Source of the DNA: Candidatus Poribacteria bacterium
Lineage (GTDB): Bacteria; Poribacteria; WGA-4E; WGA-3G
DNA length: 64,000 nucleotides
Assembly (NCBI GenBank): GCA_965205025.1
Contig: CBDBFU010000015.1
Coordinates: forward strand, 256,001 to 320,000
Direction: 5' to 3'
The position numbers and the translations under genes were made by a program. Below the pieces are notes generated by a model. The model did not search any database and was not told the origin of the DNA. It was given only the letters and a program-made list of their open reading frames with translations. Positions 20,001 to 29,598 of the stretch are shown one piece after another (within the stretch, counting starts at the first letter, position 1; each line of letters begins with the position of its first letter).

Positions 20001-20275
20001 GTAAATTCTGTACCTCCTAAGAATGCGGGACTGAGTTGTGCAGGAGTGTATTTATAGACAATAAACAGATTAATTAGGAGTATGACCAGGTAGGTTAAAC
20101 CAACAATAATCCCAACGAGTATTTTATTGTATAGAATTTCGGTATAAACAGAGAGATAATTTAGCATTTTGAACCATAGTATATCGGGATATATATTAAT
20201 CCAAGCTGTGATTATACCCCCCAAAACCGCTATGATTCCAACTGTGAGAATAAGACGTTTTACTCGTGGTTCCAT
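17063..20275 (-). CDS. UPF0182 family membrane protein
   Basis: DPIF..DVSYYVF, IRLWDWRPL, YDFFDVDIDRY, YTHGYG, PRIYYGE, NYIRNSVKV.VDAYDG, GNLLILP, LLYVEPIY. Confidence 0.95.
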   Translation of the reverse strand: MEPRVKRLILTVGIIAVLGGIITAWINIYPDILWFKMLNYLSVYTEILYNKILVGIIVGLTYLVILLINLFIVYKYTPAQLSPAFLGGTEFTGGETNTRKMIYGGLTIMAVLFSILMGYSATDRWEIYLRYTHAGELDFQSATPITVNDGIDSDTISVSTLELQAKKIQIGDEIKVYVDQNEPVSATVNQVITEPITQNNKTINLPIGLKLNTSIQVNDGQRAYFTSLARDPIFKKDVSYYVFEMPMWRYICGTLFGIFFLVTVFSIIIYFFHGLITGDTNQLRFRPPFKVKAHIFTLVGLTLLFRAWNYRFVMYDLLYTSNEIVRGGGGYAAIKARLPILYIMIALTAICAVIFIVSIFLRSNKFAFGSLIVFIIAGILGQFYPQMVQVLRVDPLKQVLEADYINYNIKSTLEAYGLSENKVVEEEYPLTEVLNYEDITSEENAPVFNSIRLWDWRPLRRTFRQLQELRSQYDFFDVDIDRYIINNEVRQVMLSARELNINDLPVEIRNDWYKQTYTYTHGYGAVVSPVNEIIEGKPNMYIQELPPIQYNEQWPYRFNDSPGPRIYYGERTDRYVIIHPDRTQPLEFDYPIEGQQYAEYAYQGDGGVELNSFWRKLVYMLKFDKEIKFVLPGEISSTSRILYDRNIKRRIQKIAPFLRYDGDPYIVLHNGRIVWMIDAYTITHRYPYSVSMNEFLRDRRRQVTGTQQDGEPWGNYIRNSVKVLVDAYDGTVNFYIMEREKDPIAECYRKIFPDLFKPFAEMPEELKNHIRYPTSMFLIQSRVYQDYHMKNPDTFYAGEDRWEIGWELYDNTDAQVQQVAPQQQRSPFAQQQQPVRKAPSNGQPVEPYYVVIKLPGQDRAEFMLMLPYTPLNKPNLTAWLAARCDLPQYGQLLVYRFPKGKQVAGPMQVENFISQEPEISQQISLWNTEGSRVLRGNLLILPMNNSLLYVEPIYIQSEDEETAIPELRRVVIGYENKVVWGETLNEALIKMFADGTEIQETTLVSSTDETVESSNLSNEDVSISTLIQQANDNYNSAQNALRNGNWTEYGRLLGKLEIILKQLQEKANNN

Positions 20276-20339
20276 TATTGCTCCTTATAGATAATATTCC
20301 TAAACAGTAGTTCCTAAAATTAATATATGAATAGATGGG

Positions 20340-23252
20340 TTAAAATGCTTGCCCTAAACCGAAATGGTATTTAACTCCAGGTTCAATACTTCTTAAATCC
20401 GTGTGTCGTGCAGCGGCGAAATCTAATGAGAAAACACCCAGTCTTAGTCTAAGACCAACCCCCAATGATCCTTTTAAGTCTATGAGACGAATCTTAAAAC
20501 CGTTCCGTTGAACTAATTTAAGAGGGTTATCTGGACCGTATTTCCAATCTGCCCATGTTGTACCAAAATCTGCAAAGACAATTCCTCTGATGCCACCAAT
20601 AGACCAACGAATGGGCCATGCGAAATATAATGCATCAATAAAGGGTATGCGTAGTTCGACATTGAATAGACCGAGACGCGAACCTACCAAGTCCTGATAA
20701 TTGTATCCGCGGAGCGTATCAATCCCACCGAGATAATAGAGAGATTTATCCTTTCCAAAACTTGCTCCTAACAATAATCTTGATGCAATAGTGGTCCGTC
20801 TACCTATACCGATATAATTCCTAAAATCAAACACAGTGTTTGTAAGTGATAACTCGCTACCAATACTTGGAAATGAACGTTCGATTTCTAACCTATACCG
20901 TGTACCTTTGAATGGAGCCCATTCCCGCCACATTGTGTTGTCTCCTACAAGTGCCATAGAACCGATGGATAATAATCCGCGATCATAATAGTTAAATGGA
21001 TCCCTCGTTTGGAAGTTATGAGCGAAAGGTGTAGTATACATTGCAAATTGAGTGTCTAATCTTAAATATCTATTGAATGGATAGCTTATGTATCCACCAG
21101 CACCTGTAATCCGTTGTAATACCCCTCGTTGACTTCTGTATGAACCGAGAAGATGGTATTGATGATAGTTATAGATTACAGCTCCGACATCAGCACGATG
21201 TGTTAAGAAACCGTACTGAGCGATAAAGTCTGGTAGTAGATAGCCTCTTGATTGATTAATTACACTTACCTCAACACGATGATTTCCTAACATATCACTT
21301 GCACTCATCCGAATTTGACTTCGTAGTAATCCGTCTGCCCCATAACTGAACTCAGGAATAATAGCATCAAACCGAAAAGATGATCTTGTGCTGTATTTTC
21401 TTTTCGCGATTCTATAGTTTTTTATACCGGGTTCAGAATCTATCAGCGCAGGAATTGTTTGTGATGCCATTTTAGACTCTTCAATTTTCTCAGCAAGTAA
21501 TTTATCCGAATCCATTATACAAACATCATATTTTCCTTTTTGATAGGCACTAAATAGTATTTTCTTTTGATCTGGTGAAAAACTGGGATTAAAAGAACCG
21601 GTAATTAAGTTTGTTAGACGAGTTCTTTCCAAAGATGCTATATTTAGTTTGTAAGCATCATATACACCTGTTCGATCAGAACAATATAACACCGATTCAC
21701 CATCAGGCATCCATATTGGACTTATGGCATTTGATAGGTTATCAGTTAGGATCTGTTGTGTGCGTTTTTCAAAATCAATGATAACAAGTTTATTTCTTCT
21801 ATCTCTCTCAGAAACATAAATGATTTTATTCTCTGTTGGGTGCCAAGAAGGATGGGAATCGTGAAATGTATCCCGTGTTATACGATATATCTTTTCAACA
21901 TCCAAATCAACAGTATATAGATCTGTTTGTCCTTCTTTTAGCGCGGTAAAGGCTATTCTCTTACCAGTGTTATCATAATTGGGTGAATACGCTGCATCAA
22001 ATTCCAACTTAATGTATTGGGTTAATTTATGCGTAAGTATATTAACTTCATAAAGATAATTTGCAGCATGATGTTTACCTATAAATGCGATATGATCACC
22101 ATCTGGTGACCAAGTTATACTTCTATCGACTCCAGTTGAATCTGAGCGTATTTCTTCATATTTCTCTCTAAAGAGATTTTTTGTAATTCGATCAATCAGT
22201 TCCCCTGTTTTTGCGGACATTAGGACAATTTCCATGAATCCTTCATTGCCTGTTATATATGCGATAATATCACCGCTGGGGGACCATACAGGTTTGATAT
22301 TATGAGAGTATTTTGCTTTCTTTGTAAGTTGTTTTGTTGCGGAATCGGGTAGTTCCTTATCTTGGATGAGGGGCCAGTAACGTTTCTTCATCATCTGTTG
22401 CCACTCTTTATCGAAGTCTTCTAAGGAAATACCGAGTACGTCTTTAAAGACGTTGTCAATATTTTTTGTTCTGCTTTGTCTGAGACCCTGCATGATTTCA
22501 GCTATTTTTTCTTGTCCATAGGTTTGTACAAGGTATCCGACAGCTAATTGTCCCATTTTATATCCAATATAAGGAGATGTCAGTCGGTTGAAGTTCTGTA
22601 ATTCTGTTAGCGGCGGTATATTATTGTTGATACTTGCATCTCTAAGGACCATTTCACCGATAGCATCGTTATCTTCAGCGAAGTAATCCGCCATACCTTC
22701 CATGAACCATATTGGGGGAGAATATAGAAACTCTCCACTATAAATACTTGCATGGGGTTTCTGATAGAGAATATCGTACTGAAATATGTGTATTAGTTCA
22801 TGATAAATAACTTCCCGAAAAGCCTCTGCTGAACCCGTGAATGGTATAACCATACGGTGTTTAAATAGTTCAGCAAAACCACCGATGCCTTCATGTAATT
22901 CTTGTAAGATAATATTGGTTTCTTGAAAATCTTTATGAGATTTGTATAGAATCAAAGGAGTTCTGTTCTCAAGTTCGTGTTCAAGAATTTCACTATGTTT
23001 TTCATAGGCGTCCTCGGCGATTGATGCCATTACGGGGACCAGTTTAGCTTCACTTGGGTAGTAGTGGATGTCAAAGTGTTCGGTACGATGAATGTGCCAA
23101 TTAAATCTTTGTCCAGTAATCTTGTTTTTACCAAATCCTTGTGCGTAAACAGAAGGTATAACTACCATCAATAGACACAAAAATATTGTCATGGATAACA
23201 TTTTATGGAGGTAATTTGTTATCTTTGGTGATATTCTAAGTAGTTTTTTCAT
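20340..23252 (-). CDS. Peptidase MA-like + PD40/TolB propeller + Omp85 (BamA/TamA-like) barrel protein
   Basis: FGKNKI, HELIH and WFMEGMADY zinc motif, P-WSP-G repeats, LGGIDTLRGY, C-terminal FGLGQAF. Confidence 0.88.
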   Translation of the reverse strand: MKKLLRISPKITNYLHKMLSMTIFLCLLMVVIPSVYAQGFGKNKITGQRFNWHIHRTEHFDIHYYPSEAKLVPVMASIAEDAYEKHSEILEHELENRTPLILYKSHKDFQETNIILQELHEGIGGFAELFKHRMVIPFTGSAEAFREVIYHELIHIFQYDILYQKPHASIYSGEFLYSPPIWFMEGMADYFAEDNDAIGEMVLRDASINNNIPPLTELQNFNRLTSPYIGYKMGQLAVGYLVQTYGQEKIAEIMQGLRQSRTKNIDNVFKDVLGISLEDFDKEWQQMMKKRYWPLIQDKELPDSATKQLTKKAKYSHNIKPVWSPSGDIIAYITGNEGFMEIVLMSAKTGELIDRITKNLFREKYEEIRSDSTGVDRSITWSPDGDHIAFIGKHHAANYLYEVNILTHKLTQYIKLEFDAAYSPNYDNTGKRIAFTALKEGQTDLYTVDLDVEKIYRITRDTFHDSHPSWHPTENKIIYVSERDRRNKLVIIDFEKRTQQILTDNLSNAISPIWMPDGESVLYCSDRTGVYDAYKLNIASLERTRLTNLITGSFNPSFSPDQKKILFSAYQKGKYDVCIMDSDKLLAEKIEESKMASQTIPALIDSEPGIKNYRIAKRKYSTRSSFRFDAIIPEFSYGADGLLRSQIRMSASDMLGNHRVEVSVINQSRGYLLPDFIAQYGFLTHRADVGAVIYNYHQYHLLGSYRSQRGVLQRITGAGGYISYPFNRYLRLDTQFAMYTTPFAHNFQTRDPFNYYDRGLLSIGSMALVGDNTMWREWAPFKGTRYRLEIERSFPSIGSELSLTNTVFDFRNYIGIGRRTTIASRLLLGASFGKDKSLYYLGGIDTLRGYNYQDLVGSRLGLFNVELRIPFIDALYFAWPIRWSIGGIRGIVFADFGTTWADWKYGPDNPLKLVQRNGFKIRLIDLKGSLGVGLRLRLGVFSLDFAAARHTDLRSIEPGVKYHFGLGQAF

Positions 23253-23324
23253 GTATCCATGCCTTATGTTTCTTGTTTGTTTAATTGAGATCGTAAGATA
23301 TATTGTTAGTGTAATTCACTATTC

Positions 23325-24089
23325 TTATTTAATTAAGAATCTATCTTCTTGCTCATAGTGTGGTGTAATTTCCCTTACAAAATCAGCGATAGCACGTTTA
23401 CTAAGTTCTTTTAATGTTCTTTCTTGTGGTGCCATCTGTGAGAAGACGAAAGATCCAAGTGTATGTGCTTCTGCCGTCCTTTGGTGGTATGCCTCATCCC
23501 AGATTATATCTTTTGTATCAATATCTATGATCATAACCCTAAGGGATAGAATGTATGACTTTTGTAAATAATCGTGGTAATCCATGATATACCGTTGATG
23601 TCTTGCTGAATATCGTTCTCCATAATATCGTCTGGGTTGAGTATCTGAAATAAAGCGGTAACTCCCAACAATGATACCTTTGACTTCAAAATACTTACCT
23701 AATTCACTTAGATGTTCAGTGTCTTCGAGCCATTCTTCATTAACTTCTTCGCCTGTCATGAGTCGTTTTGTTTCTTGTTTATTGACAATTTCAAATTTCT
23801 CTTGTCGTGCTAATCTACTCCTTAATATCTCACCAATATCATCTCCTATTTCAACCGGTAATTCTCCAAGTTTTGAGGAGTGTTCTTCACTAACAAATGG
23901 TAGAACTGCGAATTTACTATAGGTGTCTATATCTATTTCTGATTGTACTTTTATGGGAATAGAGACTCGGGAGACATGAGTACTACATGCACTTAGAGAT
24001 AGAGAGATTAGGAGTAAAGAATATAGTGTAAATACTCTCTTGTTTAGTCGTGGAAATAGCAAGATGATCGGTGTGATATATTTTTGCAT
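23325..24089 (-). CDS. CsgG/LpoB-like lipoprotein
   Basis: Lipobox LSAC; AVLPF, FEIV, LGKYFEVKGIIVGS, RVMIIDIDTKDIIW. Confidence 0.65.
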   Translation of the reverse strand: MQKYITPIILLFPRLNKRVFTLYSLLLISLSLSACSTHVSRVSIPIKVQSEIDIDTYSKFAVLPFVSEEHSSKLGELPVEIGDDIGEILRSRLARQEKFEIVNKQETKRLMTGEEVNEEWLEDTEHLSELGKYFEVKGIIVGSYRFISDTQPRRYYGERYSARHQRYIMDYHDYLQKSYILSLRVMIIDIDTKDIIWDEAYHQRTAEAHTLGSFVFSQMAPQERTLKELSKRAIADFVREITPHYEQEDRFLIK

Positions 24090-24109
24090 GAGCGTTTATA
24101 AGTAATGCC

Positions 24110-24496
24110 TTATTCACTATTTGGCTCATCTACAGATTCTGTTGTTTCTGAACCGCTGCGACGAATATGTAAACGACATCTACGGTAATTTATACGGTAG
24201 TATTTGCTGTCTGGGTCAAGTTCTGTTGCACGTTCATAAGAAGCTACAGCATCGGTAATTTTTCCTTGTGCTTCGTAACCTACACCGAGGTTATTATGAG
24301 CAGCGGCATTATTAGGATCAATAGTAATCACTTGATTCCAACGGTAGATTGCTTCATTCCAAAGTCCTGCTTCTGCGGCTTTGATGGCAAACTGATTATA
24401 GGCATTTATCCCAGTTGAATCACGTGACGCACATCCTGCCACAATAAGTACTAATATAACAACAGTAAAATGCAAGAATCTGTAATAATTGGACAT
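24110..24496 (-). CDS. TPR lipoprotein
   Basis: Lipobox VAGC; DPNNAAAHNNLGVGYE...A...YERATELDP. Confidence 0.85.
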   Translation of the reverse strand: MSNYYRFLHFTVVILVLIVAGCASRDSTGINAYNQFAIKAAEAGLWNEAIYRWNQVITIDPNNAAAHNNLGVGYEAQGKITDAVASYERATELDPDSKYYRINYRRCRLHIRRSGSETTESVDEPNSE

Positions 24497-24789
24497 AATA
24501 ACCGCCTCATTATGTACTCAATTTTATCTTGTAAACAGTGGAAATGTCAAGGAAATTCTATTATATCAAGGGTTAAAGATATGATTAAACGATGATAATT
24601 GAAACTCCCAATATGTGAACGTGGATTTTAGAAATGTTGATTACTTAATATCCTCTTTCCATGGAACACATATATAATACTTATAGTAGTTTATTTCTAA
24701 GATTCTACACACTCAAAGTATAGTTTTCCATTGGTTTTTGATAGTGAATTTGATAAGATAAAGAAAACGGAATGTAATGGGAGAACGTA

Positions 24790-25896
24790 ATGTCAAATAT
24801 GACACCAGTTAGAACTGTAATTGTGGGATGTGGGATGATTGCTGCAGGTGGATATCAACCTCGATGTCAGGCATATCCAAAACATATTGAGTTAGTTGGT
24901 TTTTATGATCAGGATGAAGCTCGTGCTTCTGCCCTTGCTGAAAGGGATGGTGGGAAGGTCTATACATCGCTTGAAGCGGTATTAGATGATCCTAATGTAG
25001 AGGCTATTGTAAATCTGACACTCCATATATCACATTATCCTGTATCGTTAGCTGCTCTTAAGGCTGGTAAGCATGTTTATTCTGAAAAGCCAATTTCAAT
25101 CAAAACTGATGAGGCGAACGAGTTGGTAGAAACAGCGGAATCCAATGGATTAAAAATGGCATGTGCTCCATCTGCTATACTTGGTTACGTGCAACAGAAT
25201 GTATGGCAACGGATACGTGAGGGTGAGATTGGAGATGTAATTTCAGCGTTAGGTAATTTTGGTGGTCCTTTGGAACATTGGCACCCGAGTGCAGAGGCAT
25301 TCCTCCAACATGCAGGACCTTTCAGAGATGTTGCCCCGTATCCATTAACTGCTATGACAACAATGATTGGACCAGTTAAAACTGTCCACGGGTTTGCCCG
25401 GGTTGCGGTACCAAAACGTGTGATGCAGACCGGACCTCGAAAAGGTCAAGAGTTTACAGTTACAGAGAAGGATCATGGGTTCGGTGCCCTTGAATTTGAT
25501 GTGCCTCAGAAAGGTGGAGCACACGGTTTTATTTATCACAGTTTTACTGTGACATCGCAATTGCCTCCCTATGAAATACATGGGACAAAAGGTGGTTTTT
25601 CACTTCAGGCACATGATGATGGTCGAGGTATAAAGAAATTTACACCGCAAGGTGGCTGGCAAGATGAACCGTCTCCTGAGAAATCCTTCACAGGTTTAGA
25701 TTGGGGTAAAGGTGTAGCAGATTTTGCTGAGGCAATCAGAATGGACAGAAATCCCCGTTGCAATGGTGCTCAAGCGAGACATGTGTTAGAAGTCTGTGAA
25801 CGTATCCTTGAATCATCTGATTTGGGTAGACCCGTTGATGTGGTGAGTCGTTTTCCGGATCCACCACCTGTCGGTAATGTAGCACCTTGGGAATAA
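24790..25896 (+). CDS. Gfo/Idh/MocA family oxidoreductase
   Basis: IVGCGMIA, AGKHVYSEKP, HVLEV. Confidence 0.9.
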   Translation: MSNMTPVRTVIVGCGMIAAGGYQPRCQAYPKHIELVGFYDQDEARASALAERDGGKVYTSLEAVLDDPNVEAIVNLTLHISHYPVSLAALKAGKHVYSEKPISIKTDEANELVETAESNGLKMACAPSAILGYVQQNVWQRIREGEIGDVISALGNFGGPLEHWHPSAEAFLQHAGPFRDVAPYPLTAMTTMIGPVKTVHGFARVAVPKRVMQTGPRKGQEFTVTEKDHGFGALEFDVPQKGGAHGFIYHSFTVTSQLPPYEIHGTKGGFSLQAHDDGRGIKKFTPQGGWQDEPSPEKSFTGLDWGKGVADFAEAIRMDRNPRCNGAQARHVLEVCERILESSDLGRPVDVVSRFPDPPPVGNVAPWE

Positions 25897-25931
25897 CTTT
25901 AATAAAACCTAAAACTATTATTATATTACGA

Positions 25932-25957
25932 TAGGTTCGGTTTTATAACCGAACCTA
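25932..25957. terminator. Hairpin between convergent genes (REP-like terminator)
   Basis: TAGGTTCGGTT-ttat-AACCGAACCTA followed by an A-run. Confidence 0.6.
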
Positions 25958-26080
25958 AAAATAATGGGATTAATATATGATGACTACAGAGGTGGGTAAA
26001 AATCCAGAATGCGACAAATATAGAATTACCGGATTATTTCTTAAAATTAATACAGTTTGCTATCCATAAATACTCAGGAA

Positions 26081-26905
26081 TTAAAGGTTGATTGCCTTTC
26101 GGAGCATCTCCACACTTTGTGGTACACCGGTGTGTGCATCCTCTTTCCCTTCAAATTCAATTGAGATATATCCCTTAAAATCTACTTTTCTTAGTATCTC
26201 ACCTATCCTTGCATAGTCAAGATCAAGTGTGTACCATTCTCCTTCCCCGTAATATGTCTTGGCATGGACAAGAACAGTTTCTGGTGCGATCTGTTCCAGT
26301 TTCTCATACGGATCAGTGAGAAAATTTCCACAATCCATTGTCACTTTTAACCATTCTGAATCAATAGCATTGACAATACGATTAACACCTTCCGGAGTGC
26401 ATGTTAACCCCCAATGATTCTCAAGTCCCAGAATAACACCATATTTTTCTGCATCAGGGAGACATTTCTCAATAGAACTGATGACCCAATCAAATGCTTC
26501 ATCTTCAGTGTGATTTGGGAGTGGTGGTTCTTGTCCTTCTACCTTCATCAACTCATCAAATGAACCTACTGTACCCCAACGTCCAGAATTTAGTCTGATT
26601 GAAGGGATGCCGAGTTCATGTGCTATACGTAGACAATGAATCGTATGGTTTATGTTCTTTTGTCGTGTATTCTCTTCTGGTGAAACAAATCCTTGATGGA
26701 TAGAAAGTGCATAGAGATCAAGTCCGTGAATAAACGCATGTCTTTTTAGTTTCTGTAGGTATGGTGTGTCTTCAGATGTCATTTGTTGATGTAATATCTC
26801 AATACCATCCAGTTCAAGTTTCGCTGCATCCTCAATAACGTGCTCAATCGGAACGCGTTCAGGTTTGAAATGCCAGTAGGAATATGTTGATACACCCAGT
26901 TTCAA
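26081..26905 (-). CDS. Sugar phosphate isomerase/epimerase (xylose isomerase-like TIM barrel)
   Basis: LGLENHWG, DCGNF, HAK, ISIEFEG; TTG start at 26905 after a GAGGTG RBS. Confidence 0.88.
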   Translation of the reverse strand: MKLGVSTYSYWHFKPERVPIEHVIEDAAKLELDGIEILHQQMTSEDTPYLQKLKRHAFIHGLDLYALSIHQGFVSPEENTRQKNINHTIHCLRIAHELGIPSIRLNSGRWGTVGSFDELMKVEGQEPPLPNHTEDEAFDWVISSIEKCLPDAEKYGVILGLENHWGLTCTPEGVNRIVNAIDSEWLKVTMDCGNFLTDPYEKLEQIAPETVLVHAKTYYGEGEWYTLDLDYARIGEILRKVDFKGYISIEFEGKEDAHTGVPQSVEMLRKAINL

Positions 26906-26981
26906 TTTTTCACCTCTAATAACAAATTTGACTGTCACTACTATAATATCATAACTCTTTATTTTAATGCGTGCAAAAAGC

Positions 26982-27022
26982 AATCTCCCGAATAATGTCA
27001 GAATGACAGAAATCGGGAGATT
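26982..27022 (-). terminator. Rho-independent terminator of the DUF4159 gene
   Basis: AATCTCCCGA/TCGGGAGATT stem followed by GCTTTTT on the minus strand. Confidence 0.65.
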
Positions 27023-27059
27023 ACATATTCAATCTGTTAACTAAATGGTTAATAGATAA

Positions 27060-28541
27060 CTATTCAGTTGCGTCAATTGTTGCTGCTTGTGGTGCACGTG
27101 TTGGAAAATCTTTCTTCGCTAATGTGTCTTCAGGTACATAACCGGAGTAATCGGAAATCTTACCGTGTGTAAGAGCATAAACGACTACGTTAGTCATGAA
27201 ACGGTAGACACCAGGCGAATAGTGTACACTCCGAGTTGGGAGGCTTACAGCTTCCATTGCGCACATATAATCACGTCTGACAACAATAACGGATAATTTA
27301 TCACCGACCGAGAATCCTTCAAGGTAATTCCGTTTTGGAGGACGTGTACCCCACCAGAAGATGTCGAAACCAACTGGAGGACCACCCATTTCATAGAAAT
27401 TATCATAGATCTCGTGTGAGTTATCAATCCGCTCAATTTGATATTCAGGCATGACATAACGCATTTGTGCGATAAACAAACGTACCATTGCTTGTGCAGG
27501 AGCATTCACACCGCAGTCATCAAACACGAGGAATCCACCTTTTTCAACAAGGTATTTCCGGAGTCCGGCAGCTTCAGCTTCATTGAAACGGCTATCCATT
27601 TTACCGCCACCAAACTGTTTTCCGAGTAGATTCCGTGATCTGGTGAGTGACGGATCGTGACCTGTCATGAACGCGAGAGGCGTTTTAAATAGGTTTGTAT
27701 CAGTCAACTTTAGTGCTCCACCTTCAACGTTAATATCGGCTTTGATCTTAGTTTTCTCATTTAGCCATTTTGTAAGAGCGTTGAGTGAGGAGGAATCTGC
27801 CCACCAATCAGATAGTGTATGTCGAATCCGTGCGAAACGGAGTACACCACGGATGTCTTTACCTTTTCCAATAACCTTTCCACCGGGTTCACCTTTGGGT
27901 AGAGGTGGTACTTCAACATTACCCAGTGTGATACTTTCTGCAACATCACCAAGGGCATCACGGGCAACACCAACATTCTCAACCATTGTGAGTCCAGGTG
28001 GACGTTGGAATGTCACTTTAACTTGTACGGGACTTCCAGCAATACCGCGTGCAATGTTAGCAGGACCAGCGGATGGTGCTGATGCAGCAGGACCGGCGAA
28101 TGCTAAAGCACTTGGGGCATCTGATACAGGCAAATCTGTATGTGTAACTACCTCAGGTACAGGAGCGTTCGGGTTAACAACTTTCGGCACATTTGGATTA
28201 ATCGGTGCATCTACCTTAACGGCTTGGTTAGAAAATTCCAATACCGTCTGTGGAGTTACATTAGGAGTCTTTGGTGCAAAAGCAGTTGTAAGACGTGGTT
28301 GAACTTGAACTTGCTCAACGACAACCGTATTTTCCTGTGGAACAATAGGTTTGATTTCGCGTCGGGGTGTAGGTTTACGAACTTTTGGCTTCGGTGGATC
28401 CGGTGGATCAAACGTCTCCACTCCAACGAGGTCTTTAAAGGTTTGCGTCTTTGTGACTAAATATAGTCCGGCGATCGCAATTAAGATACCGTGGAGTAGG
28501 AGCGAAGTCATCAGTGCGCCTGACGTTCTCTTTGCGCTCAT
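27060..28541 (-). CDS. Membrane-anchored Pro-rich linker + DUF4159 domain protein
   Basis: N-terminal TM 'SLLLHGILI', PPDPPKPK linker, P-AFMTGH, LRKYLVEKGGFLVFDDC, TNVVVYALTH. Confidence 0.85.
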   Translation of the reverse strand: MSAKRTSGALMTSLLLHGILIAIAGLYLVTKTQTFKDLVGVETFDPPDPPKPKVRKPTPRREIKPIVPQENTVVVEQVQVQPRLTTAFAPKTPNVTPQTVLEFSNQAVKVDAPINPNVPKVVNPNAPVPEVVTHTDLPVSDAPSALAFAGPAASAPSAGPANIARGIAGSPVQVKVTFQRPPGLTMVENVGVARDALGDVAESITLGNVEVPPLPKGEPGGKVIGKGKDIRGVLRFARIRHTLSDWWADSSSLNALTKWLNEKTKIKADINVEGGALKLTDTNLFKTPLAFMTGHDPSLTRSRNLLGKQFGGGKMDSRFNEAEAAGLRKYLVEKGGFLVFDDCGVNAPAQAMVRLFIAQMRYVMPEYQIERIDNSHEIYDNFYEMGGPPVGFDIFWWGTRPPKRNYLEGFSVGDKLSVIVVRRDYMCAMEAVSLPTRSVHYSPGVYRFMTNVVVYALTHGKISDYSGYVPEDTLAKKDFPTRAPQAATIDATE

Positions 28542-28645
28542 TATTTCACCTCATTAATTTGTAGGTTTTTGAACTTCATAACTAACAATATCATAACTAA
28601 CAATTTGAATAAAAAAGATTTTTGACTTAACCTTACGCTGTTATG

Positions 28646-28661
28646 TGCAATTTGTATGCCA
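28646..28661 (-). promoter_or_regulatory. Sigma-54 (-24/-12) promoter for the DUF4159 gene
   Basis: TGGCATACAAATTGCA, exact GG-N10-GC spacing, about 105 bp upstream of the start. Confidence 0.7.
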
Positions 28662-28758
28662 TTAAATAGCGGTGATAATCGTTGATTCTCTCACTTACTG
28701 TTGTAGTAATGCACGTAATTGTACATTATAAAATTTAAGCTGCCCCATTTTGTGCAGC

Positions 28759-29424
28759 TTAATCAACTTTTGCATCTGGATCAGTAAAATAACTACTAAT
28801 AAGCGGTTCTCCCCCACGTTTAGCAATGGCGGGTTGTGTCATACTGTCGACTTCTTGGATCTTCCATTCATCTTTTTTCTTTATAAGATATACTAACGTT
28901 AGTCCAGGATTTTGTCCTTTATAGCACATTGCTCCTTTTGCGCTCGCCTCTAATTCTCTTGCATTGGTCTTTCTTTTTCTTATCCAGAATTCAGAGAATC
29001 GGTCAGTGGGTCCCCATTTAGCACCAGCTGTACCAATTCCTTGCCACAATCCTTCGATGTTTGATTTAATCTTTGGCCAACTTATCACTGGTGGCACCTG
29101 TTCATTTTCACCGCCGGCTACCCATACAACAGCAAATTCAGCATTCGTGGATGTTTCCCATGTTTTTTCTACTGCCTTTATATCGTTGGCATTAAAGGCT
29201 TTATAGAACTCACTGAAGACTTCTTGAATAGCCTTTTTTTCTGCATCAAAATCGATAGGTTTACTTGATGCAACTATCGGTTCTTCGGTTGGGTCTGTTG
29301 AAGTAGTCTCAACCGGTTTCTCAGTTTCTTCTGGATCATCATCACTTCCACATCCAATACAAATAAGACTTGTAATGCTTATAGTGAAGAGGATCACTAA
29401 AAACCATGTAAATTTCTTCTGCAA
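28759..29424 (-). CDS. Lipoprotein with NTF2/SnoaL-like domain
   Basis: Lipobox CIGC; AEKKAIQEVFSEFYKAFNANDI...W; KKKDEWKI. Confidence 0.7.
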   Translation of the reverse strand: MQKKFTWFLVILFTISITSLICIGCGSDDDPEETEKPVETTSTDPTEEPIVASSKPIDFDAEKKAIQEVFSEFYKAFNANDIKAVEKTWETSTNAEFAVVWVAGGENEQVPPVISWPKIKSNIEGLWQGIGTAGAKWGPTDRFSEFWIRKRKTNARELEASAKGAMCYKGQNPGLTLVYLIKKKDEWKIQEVDSMTQPAIAKRGGEPLISSYFTDPDAKVD

Positions 29425-29598
29425 TTCTTTGTCTCTCCTTAGTAATATTGTCTAAATACGAATTTAAAATATAACATATTTAACTTGTAATTTTACTATC
29501 TGTGATTAATTATGTCAAGAAAAATAGTTAATACGGTTTAGGAAAGTTATAGGTAGTTGGTTAGGAACGATATCCGAACCGAGACCAGCATACCTACA

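Noticed and set aside
27667-28302. 211-aa plus-strand ORF
   Set aside because: Antisense to the DUF4159 gene; no motif or RBS
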